A stretch of 32,000 nt of DNA from Vibrio cholerae ATCC 14035 (GTDB lineage: Bacteria > Pseudomonadota > Gammaproteobacteria > Enterobacterales > Vibrionaceae): contig NZ_KK211322.1 in the NCBI RefSeq assembly GCF_000621645.1, forward strand, positions 81,717-113,716. The letters run 5' to 3'. The notes under the pieces are model-generated. The model saw nothing but the letters and a program-made list of their open reading frames with translations, was not told the DNA's origin and searched no databases. Each line of letters begins with the position of its first letter. The stretch's first letter is position 1. The position numbers and the translations under genes were made by a program. Shown piece by piece: positions 25,644 through 32,000 of the stretch.

Positions 25644-26873
25644 ATGGAACTATCAATCACAGTTACTGAGCTGCGTTACGCACTCGATACATTTTTCTTC
25701 CTGATCTCAGGAGCGCTCGTCATGTGGATGGCGGCAGGTTTCGCTATGTTGGAAGCGGGTTTGGTTCGCTCCAAGAACACCACCGAAATTTTGACGAAAA
25801 ACTTTGTTCTGTATGCGATTGCTTGTACCACCTATTTGATCGTCGGCTACAACATCATGTATGTCGATAACACGGAAGGTGGCTGGTTGCCTTCGTTTGG
25901 TGCGCTGATTGGCTCACAGGCCGATGGTGCTGACCACTCGCTCGAATCGGACTTCTTCTTCCAAGTGGTGTTTGTGGCGACCGCGATGTCTGTCGTCTCT
26001 GGTGCCGTCGCGGAACGGATGAAACTCTGGGCATTTTTGATTTTCTCCGCAGTATTGACCGCGTTCATCTATCCCGTTGAAGGTTACTGGACTTGGGGCG
26101 GTGGCTTCCTTTCAGCGGCAGGATTTAGTGATTTCGCAGGTTCCGGCATTGTGCATTTAGCGGGAGCTTCAGCGGCATTAGCAGGCGTTCTTCTGCTCGG
26201 GGCTCGTAAAGGCAAATACGGCAAAAACGGCGAAATTTATCCAATTCCCGGTTCCAACATGCCATTGGCCACACTCGGTACGTTTATTCTGTGGTTCGGC
26301 TGGTTTGGCTTTAACGGCGGCTCACAGTTGATGGTGTCGGATTTTGAAAATGCGACGTCTGTGGGCAAAATTTTCCTCAATACCAATGCGGCTGCGGCGG
26401 CAGGGGCTATCGCTGCGCTTTTAGTGTGTAAAACCACTTGGGGTAAAGCGGATCTCACCATGGTACTGAACGGTGCATTAGCGGGCTTAGTAGCGATTAC
26501 GGCCGATCCTCTCTCTCCTTCACCGCTTTATTCGGTAGCGATTGGCGCAGTATCTGGCTCTCTGGTGGTGTTTAGCATTATTGGTCTCGATAAGCTGAAA
26601 ATTGATGATCCAGTGGGTGCGATTTCCGTCCATGGCGTGTGTGGTTTCTTTGGTCTGATGGTGGTACCACTGAGCAACGCTGATGCAACCTTTGGCGCAC
26701 AATTACTCGGTGCTGCGGTGATCTTCGCATGGGTGTTTGGTGCAAGTCTGGTGGTTTGGGGCGTGCTTAAAGCGACGATGGGGATCCGCGTCTCTGAAGA
26801 AGAAGAGATGGAAGGGATGGACATGCACGATTGTGGTGTCGGTGCTTACCCAGAGTTTGTTACTGTTAAGTGA
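25644..26873 (+). CDS. amtB: Ammonium transporter AmtB
   Basis: About 409 aa in the Amt/MEP family (..FAMLEAGLVRSKN.., ..DFAGSGIVHLAGASAAL.., ..ISVHGVCGFFG..). The start is ambiguous between the ATG at 25644 and the in-frame TTG at 25638. Confidence 0.92.
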   Translation: MELSITVTELRYALDTFFFLISGALVMWMAAGFAMLEAGLVRSKNTTEILTKNFVLYAIACTTYLIVGYNIMYVDNTEGGWLPSFGALIGSQADGADHSLESDFFFQVVFVATAMSVVSGAVAERMKLWAFLIFSAVLTAFIYPVEGYWTWGGGFLSAAGFSDFAGSGIVHLAGASAALAGVLLLGARKGKYGKNGEIYPIPGSNMPLATLGTFILWFGWFGFNGGSQLMVSDFENATSVGKIFLNTNAAAAAGAIAALLVCKTTWGKADLTMVLNGALAGLVAITADPLSPSPLYSVAIGAVSGSLVVFSIIGLDKLKIDDPVGAISVHGVCGFFGLMVVPLSNADATFGAQLLGAAVIFAWVFGASLVVWGVLKATMGIRVSEEEEMEGMDMHDCGVGAYPEFVTVK

Positions 26874-26900
26874 AATATCATTTTACAAATTGAACCGAAC

Positions 26901-26932
26901 AAAACCTGCCGTAAAGGCGGGTTTTGTTTTTT
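26901..26932 (+). terminator. Rho-independent terminator after amtB
   Basis: AAAACCTGCC, loop GTAAA, GGCGGGTTTT, followed by GTTTTTTG. Confidence 0.85.
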
Positions 26933-26976
26933 GCCAATTGTTTTCTTATTGAACATTCCTATAATACATTGCGATT

Positions 26977-26995
26977 GATAAAGGTTATCATTACT
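26977..26995. promoter_or_regulatory. Fur-box-like operator upstream of fbpA
   Basis: GATAAAGGTTATCATTACT compared with the consensus GATAATGATAATCATTATC matches 14 of 19 positions. It lies just downstream of a TATAAT hexamer (26960-26965) and 19 nt upstream of the fbpA ATG. Confidence 0.5.
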
Positions 26996-27013
26996 AGTCA
27001 AAAGGAATACTCA

Positions 27014-28027
27014 ATGAAAAAACTGCTCAGCCTGTCAGCGATAACGCTCAGTGTGCTTGCCCCTTCTGCTTTTGCCGCTCAAGAAGTCAATGTTTACTCT
27101 TATCGCCAACCGTTTCTGATTGAGCCGATGTTTGCTGAATTTACGAAAGAAACTGGCATTAAAGTTAACGTAAAGTTCGCGAAAGAAGGTATCGCTGAAA
27201 AGCTTGCTCAAGAAGGCGAATACAGCCCAGCAGATGTGATCTTAACCTCTGAATTCAGTCGTCTGTTTGAGCTGACCGAAAAAGGTTTGACTCAGCCGCT
27301 GGATAGCAAAGTGATTGAAGAGAACATTCCGGCTCAGTATCGTGACAGTGGCGATGAGTGGTTTGCCCTGACTCAGCGTACTCGCAGTGTCTATTCTTCA
27401 CGTGACCGCCTAGGTAAGCTCGGTGATGATTTTGACTATATGGATCTGGCAAAGCCTGAGTTCAAAGGCAAAATCTGTACTCGTAGTGGTAAGCATCCTT
27501 ACAACATCGCATTAGTTGCTTCCATCATTGCTAACCACGGTGAAGCTGAAGCAAAAGCTTGGCTAGAAGGCGTTAAAGCGAACCTAGCACGCAAACCGCA
27601 AGGCAACGATCGTGACCAAGTTCGCGCGATCAAAGAAGGTCTGTGTGATGTCTCATTGGGTAACAGCTACTACCTAGGCGCCATGCTGAATGATCAAGAG
27701 CAGAAATCTTGGGCTGAAGCGGTGTACATCAACTTCCCAGGTCAAAATGTGCAAGGAACACACGTTAACGTGAGTGGTATGGCGATGGCTAAATACTCAC
27801 CTAACCGTGAAAACGCGCAGAAACTGATGGAGTTTTTGACTGGTGAAACGGCTCAGAAAATGTATGCAGAAGTGAACTACGAATACCCAGTCAAACCGGG
27901 TGTACAACGTTCTGCATTGGTGGAGTCTTGGGGCGAGTTTAAAGCCGACAGTCTGCCACTGGAAAAAATTGCAGATAACAATGCTGCAGCGATCAAATTG
28001 ATCGATGAAGTCAAATTTGACCTGTAA
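27014..28027 (+). CDS. fbpA: Fe(3+) ABC transporter periplasmic binding protein
   Basis: 337 aa with signal peptide MKKLLSLSAITLSVLAPSAFA/AQE and AAAGGAA before the ATG at 27014. It resembles the ferric-binding protein family (FbpA/AfuA/HitA) and is followed by permease and ATPase genes. The ORF-track start at 26924 is an upstream extension. Confidence 0.9.
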   Translation: MKKLLSLSAITLSVLAPSAFAAQEVNVYSYRQPFLIEPMFAEFTKETGIKVNVKFAKEGIAEKLAQEGEYSPADVILTSEFSRLFELTEKGLTQPLDSKVIEENIPAQYRDSGDEWFALTQRTRSVYSSRDRLGKLGDDFDYMDLAKPEFKGKICTRSGKHPYNIALVASIIANHGEAEAKAWLEGVKANLARKPQGNDRDQVRAIKEGLCDVSLGNSYYLGAMLNDQEQKSWAEAVYINFPGQNVQGTHVNVSGMAMAKYSPNRENAQKLMEFLTGETAQKMYAEVNYEYPVKPGVQRSALVESWGEFKADSLPLEKIADNNAAAIKLIDEVKFDL

Positions 28028-28035
28028 GTAAAATC

Positions 28036-28063
28036 AGGGGTATAACGTACCCCTATTTTATTT
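28036..28063 (+). terminator. Intercistronic hairpin and U-tract between fbpA and fbpB, probably a partial terminator or mRNA stabiliser
   Basis: AGGGGTA, loop TAACG, TACCCCT, followed by ATTTTATTT. It starts 9 nt after the fbpA stop. Confidence 0.55.
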
Positions 28064-28110
28064 GAGGGATGCAGTATCTGCTTGCTGTTCAAGCCTTATA
28101 CTGATAGGCG

Positions 28111-29736
28111 ATGAAAGAAAAATATTTTGCCTGGAAAGCCAGCAGCCTAGTGTTAACCACTCTGCTGGTTTTACCGATCTTAGCGATCTTCTATACCGCA
28201 TTCGGCAACAGTGATGAGGTTTTTGCTCATCTTCTGGCGACTGTGATGCCCACCTATATTTTCAATACCTTGGTATTAACCTGCTCGGTATTGCTCTTGG
28301 CTTTACTGTTTGGGGTACCGTCAGCTTGGCTGATTGCCATGTGCAAACTGCCCGGTGAGCGTTGGCTGCAATGGGCGCTTGTCCTCCCTTTGGCGATGCC
28401 TGCTTATATCATTGGGTATTTATTTACCCATTGGTTTGATTACGCAGGTCCCATCCAAATTGCCTTGCGCGATTGGACCGGTTGGCAAGCGGGCAGCTAC
28501 TGGTTTCCCGATATCCGTAGCCTAGGCGGTGCGAGTGTGGTGCTGGCGCTGGTACTTTATCCTTATGTGTATCTTTTGTGCCGTGCGGCGTTTATGGAGC
28601 AAAATGTCACTTTGCTTCAGTCTGCGCGCTTACTGAAATGTTCACCGTGGCAAAGTTTTCGACGTATTTCTCTGCCGTTAGCACGACCTGCGATTGCGGT
28701 GGGTTTGTCTTTGGTGGCCATGGAAACGATTGGTGATTTCGGCACGGTAAGCCTGTTTGCGGTGAATACCTTAACCACAGCGGTTTACGATACTTGGCTC
28801 GGTTATTCCAATCTCAATGCGGCTGCAAAAATCTCGGCCATTATGCTGGTGATGGTGCTGCTGCTGCTCAGTAGTGAGCGTTATAGTCGTCGCCGACAAA
28901 AACTGTATCAAACCCAATTTAATAGCCATGAAGAGTATCGTTATACCTTAAAAGGCTGGCGCTTATGGGCCGCTTTAATCTGGTGCTGGGGCTTAGTGGC
29001 GGTGGCGTTTATTCTGCCTCTGCTACAACTTATCAGTTACGCGTGGACCTATTTTGCCCAGAGCTGGACCACCCAATTTAAAGAGTACGCGATCAACAGT
29101 TTCACTGTCTCGATCAGTGCTGCTGTCGTAGCGGTCTTAGTGGCTTTAGTGGCTAACTTTTATGCCCGTTTACAAAATAATCGTACAAGTGTTGCCTTGA
29201 TGCGCCTCTCTTCGATGGGCTATGCGGTGCCGGGAACCGTTCTGGCTATTGGTATTTTAGTACCTGTGCTCGCACTGGATCATCTGATCAACGATATCGC
29301 TAAAATGATGGAGTGGGGACGCCCAGGGCTTGTTTTCTCCGGCAGTTTATTTGCGATTGTGTTCGCGCTGGTGGTGCGTTTCTCGGCGGTAGCGATTGGC
29401 AGCATCGAAAGTAGCCTCAGTAAAGTATCACCTTCGTTGGATATGGCGGCGCGCACCATGGGTTGTCATGCCAATCAAATGCTCAAGCGTGTACATTTGC
29501 CACTGATCCGCCGCGGCGCATTAATCGCAGGCTTGTTGGTGTTTATCGAATCGATGAAGGAATTGAACGCGGCGATTTTGCTGCGCCCATTTAACTTTGA
29601 AACTCTCGCTACTTACGTCTATAACTACGCTTCAGATGAGCGCTTAGAGTTGGCGGCGCTACCCGCCATTTTACTGGTGTTGGTCGGGCTTATTCCTCTT
29701 GTTATGGTTAACCGTTCTTTGGAGCAAAAGCACTAA
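28111..29736 (+). CDS. fbpB: Fe(3+) ABC transporter permease (duplicated MalFG-type domains)
   Basis: The 541-aa product is polytopic with two tandem permease halves, which is typical of FbpB/HitB/AfuB. Confidence 0.9.
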   Translation: MKEKYFAWKASSLVLTTLLVLPILAIFYTAFGNSDEVFAHLLATVMPTYIFNTLVLTCSVLLLALLFGVPSAWLIAMCKLPGERWLQWALVLPLAMPAYIIGYLFTHWFDYAGPIQIALRDWTGWQAGSYWFPDIRSLGGASVVLALVLYPYVYLLCRAAFMEQNVTLLQSARLLKCSPWQSFRRISLPLARPAIAVGLSLVAMETIGDFGTVSLFAVNTLTTAVYDTWLGYSNLNAAAKISAIMLVMVLLLLSSERYSRRRQKLYQTQFNSHEEYRYTLKGWRLWAALIWCWGLVAVAFILPLLQLISYAWTYFAQSWTTQFKEYAINSFTVSISAAVVAVLVALVANFYARLQNNRTSVALMRLSSMGYAVPGTVLAIGILVPVLALDHLINDIAKMMEWGRPGLVFSGSLFAIVFALVVRFSAVAIGSIESSLSKVSPSLDMAARTMGCHANQMLKRVHLPLIRRGALIAGLLVFIESMKELNAAILLRPFNFETLATYVYNYASDERLELAALPAILLVLVGLIPLVMVNRSLEQKH

Positions 29737-30767
29737 TGAGCTGCGCACTGCTGATTGAAAATCTCACTTGCCAATACGATGCACAAACCGTATTGAAATC
29801 TCTCTCTTTGCAAGTCAATCCGGGCGAAATTGTCTGTCTGCTTGGCGCAAGTGGTTGTGGTAAAACCACCTTGCTGAAAGCGATTGCCGGCTTGCTGCCT
29901 TTGGCTTCTGGTCAGCTTAGCCTTAACTGTGTCACCTTGGATGACGGTAAATGCTGGTTGCCCCCTGAGCAGCGCAATATCGGAATGATTTTCCAAGATT
30001 ACGCATTGTTTCCCCATCTTACCGTGGCGCAAAACGTTGGTTTTGGGTTAGATGCGATGCCCGCGAAGCAAAAGCAGGCCAAAATTGCCGAGATGCTGAC
30101 TCTGGTTCATCTTGACGCTTTCGCAGAGCGTTATCCGCACCAACTATCGGGAGGTCAGCAGCAGCGTGTCGCCATTGCTCGTGCCTTAGCGTATAAGCCC
30201 GATCTGTTACTGCTTGATGAGCCGTTTTCCAATATCGATACTCAAGTGCGCCATGAGCTGATCATTGAGATTCGTAAGATCTTTAAACAGCAGGGAGTCA
30301 CGGCGATTTTCGTCACTCACTCGCGCGAAGAAGCGTTTGCCTTCGCTGATAAAATGGCGGTGATGAATCGTGGTGTGATTGAACAATACGGCACCGCCGC
30401 AGAGCTTTACTACCAACCATCGAGTCAGTTTGTGGCCGATTTTCTGGGTGGGGGTAGTTATTTAAGCGCCAAGCGGATCAGTGAAACTCAGTACCAAACG
30501 GCGCTTGGGGTGGTCGAAGCGATTGCGCGCCAACCGATCGCGGTAGAGGCGGAGTGTAAGTTACTGCTGCGTCCACAACAGGTGCAAATTCGCGCAGAAG
30601 AGGAGAGCAGTGTGACGGTGACGGAGCAGCAGTTTATGGGCGATCATTGCCGTTATCTGATTGATGCGCATGGCACTCAGCTTATCGCGACCTCTTCGCA
30701 ACCGCTGGAGTTAGGGCAGTCAGTCTCGGTCAATATTGATACCCAAGGCGTGCTCGCTTTCGCCTAA
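29736..30767 (+). CDS. fbpC: Fe(3+) ABC transporter ATP-binding protein
   Basis: The 343-aa product has Walker A GASGCGKTT, the signature LSGGQQQRV and Walker B LLLLDEPFS. The start overlaps the fbpB stop (TAATG). Confidence 0.92.
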   Translation: MSCALLIENLTCQYDAQTVLKSLSLQVNPGEIVCLLGASGCGKTTLLKAIAGLLPLASGQLSLNCVTLDDGKCWLPPEQRNIGMIFQDYALFPHLTVAQNVGFGLDAMPAKQKQAKIAEMLTLVHLDAFAERYPHQLSGGQQQRVAIARALAYKPDLLLLDEPFSNIDTQVRHELIIEIRKIFKQQGVTAIFVTHSREEAFAFADKMAVMNRGVIEQYGTAAELYYQPSSQFVADFLGGGSYLSAKRISETQYQTALGVVEAIARQPIAVEAECKLLLRPQQVQIRAEEESSVTVTEQQFMGDHCRYLIDAHGTQLIATSSQPLELGQSVSVNIDTQGVLAFA

Positions 30768-30810
30768 TGCTCCCGCCAAGCGTCTTGGATTGCCAAACTA
30801 TGTTACCCGC

Positions 30811-30839
30811 ATAAAAAAGCCCGACGTCGAGCGTCGGGC
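30811..30839 (-). terminator. Rho-independent terminator of the phosphohexomutase gene; the hairpin also faces fbpC
   Basis: The - strand reads GCCCGACG, loop CTCGA, CGTCGGGC, followed by TTTTTTAT. On the + strand the same stem lacks a U-tract. Confidence 0.8.
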
Positions 30840-30897
30840 AAGTGTTCTTCTCCGCTGAGGGGACTTAACCTCAGGGGATGATTTGACAAGGCGATGA

Positions 30898-32000
30898 TTA
30901 CAACGCCAAGAAAGCTTTCATCTGTTGAAGAACACGCTCCGCAGTATCTTTGTCGGCCATTTCGGCGAAAATACGTAATAAAGGTTCAGTACCGGAGAAG
31001 CGGGCAATTACCCAGCCACCGTTCTTGAAGTAGACTTTCGCCCCATCTTCATAGCTGACTTTATCGATGTCGAATTCAAACTCAGGCAGTTTTTTCTCAA
31101 TGTAGGCCTTGTTGTAGATCTCATCACGCTGGGCGGGCTTAAATTTGCAATCGCCTTCCGCAGTGTAGGCATAGCCGTAACGATCATAGATCTCGGTTAA
31201 CAGCTCAGAGAGTTTCTTGCCCGTCACGCTGATCATTTCCACCAATAGGCTAGAAGCGAACACGCCATCTTTCCCCTTGATGTGACCACGAATCGTGAGG
31301 CCGCCAGAGCTCTCCCCGCCAATCAGAGAGTCGTCCGCTTCCATTTGTGAAGAGATGTGTTTAAAGCCCACAGGCACTTCAAAGCACCGCTCACCATGAT
31401 CGGCGGCGATCTTATCCAACAGATGTGTGGTTGCGATGTTACGCACCACAGAACCTTTCCAGCCTTTGTACTCCAGCAGGTAGTAGTAAAGCAGGATCAG
31501 CACTTCGTTCGGGTGAATAAAGTTGCCTTTTTCATCGATGATGCCAAGGCGGTCCGCATCGCCATCGGTGCCGATACCGATGTCATAACCTTCGTGTTTC
31601 ACCAGATGCTTCAAGCGATACAAGGTGGCAGCGCTAGGCGAAGGCATCAAACCACCGAAATCAGGGTTTTTGCCATCGTTGATCACGTCCACGTCGCAGC
31701 GGCCATTGATCAGTACCGTTTGCAGCGCGTTTTTCGCCACCCCGAACATAGGGTCGATCAACACTCGTAGATTGGCTTTTTTGATCGCTTCAATATCGAT
31801 GAAGTTGATGATGCTGTCGACGAACTCGTTCATCGGGTTGATGATGGCGATCAGTTTGTCGTTGACGGCTTGATCAAAGTCGATCGATTTCACGTCTTGT
31901 AAAGTCAGTGTGGCAATTTGCTGCTCGATCTTCTGAGTGATCACTTCATCTGCATCACGGCCACCACGGATAAACACTTTGATGCCGTTGTAGTCGGCCG
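30898..32000 (-). CDS. Phosphoglucomutase/phosphomannomutase-family protein (alpha-D-phosphohexomutase), N-terminus outside the window
   Basis: The frame stays open to the window edge (..ADYNGIKVFIRGG..), so the GTG at 31977 is internal. It has the metal-binding loop GIGTDGDADRLGIID and the sugar-binding loop GGESSGG. Stop codon at 30898-30900. Confidence 0.88.
   Translation of the reverse strand, partial: ADYNGIKVFIRGGRDADEVITQKIEQQIATLTLQDVKSIDFDQAVNDKLIAIINPMNEFVDSIINFIDIEAIKKANLRVLIDPMFGVAKNALQTVLINGRCDVDVINDGKNPDFGGLMPSPSAATLYRLKHLVKHEGYDIGIGTDGDADRLGIIDEKGNFIHPNEVLILLYYYLLEYKGWKGSVVRNIATTHLLDKIAADHGERCFEVPVGFKHISSQMEADDSLIGGESSGGLTIRGHIKGKDGVFASSLLVEMISVTGKKLSELLTEIYDRYGYAYTAEGDCKFKPAQRDEIYNKAYIEKKLPEFEFDIDKVSYEDGAKVYFKNGGWVIARFSGTEPLLRIFAEMADKDTAERVLQQMKAFLAL

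Noticed and set aside
30841-30897. Second hairpin CTGAGG-GGACTTAA-CCTCAG between fbpC and the phosphohexomutase gene
   Set aside because: It is a short 6-bp stem without a U-tract on either strand. The adjacent strong terminator at 30811-30839 already explains transcript ends.

Overview
This window looks like ordinary core genome of a Vibrio, almost certainly Vibrio cholerae chromosome 1. The evidence is an exact-looking HapR protein and, from memory, the gene order of the VC0582-VC0611 neighbourhood. It is densely coding, with 26 protein genes, two of them truncated by the window edges. I saw no rRNA, tRNA, CRISPR array, IS element, integrase or prophage signature. Gene order (> is + strand, < is - strand): rsmI' > | < hapR | hpt > | < can | SulP-STAS anion transporter > | yadG/yadH-like ABC-2 exporter > | < panC-panB-folK-pcnB | < gluQ | < dksA | < sfsA | orphan alpha/beta-hydrolase > | hrpB-mrcB > | patatin-POTRA-beta-barrel (type Vd autotransporter) > | acnB > yacL > | glnK-amtB > | fbpA-fbpB-fbpC > | < phosphohexomutase'. 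Non-coding content I can support: three same-orientation copies of an ERIC/IRU-like palindromic repeat, one carrying a 70-bp nested insert; about eleven hairpin terminators; a good sigma70 promoter and a Qrr-pairing stretch for hapR; a sigma54 promoter with an NtrC-like palindrome and an IHF-like site upstream of glnK-amtB; and a Fur-box-like site upstream of fbpA. I do not see a convincing new multi-gene system. The best leads are single genes and small elements. They are the uncharacterised membrane-anchored hydrolase with an acidic proline-rich tail in the slot where E. coli has thpR/ligT, the type Vd patatin autotransporter, the composite ERIC element, and the glnK enhancer that overlaps the yacL terminator. 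All homology statements rest on my recall of protein families, because no database search was possible. Coordinates of regulatory sites are read by eye.
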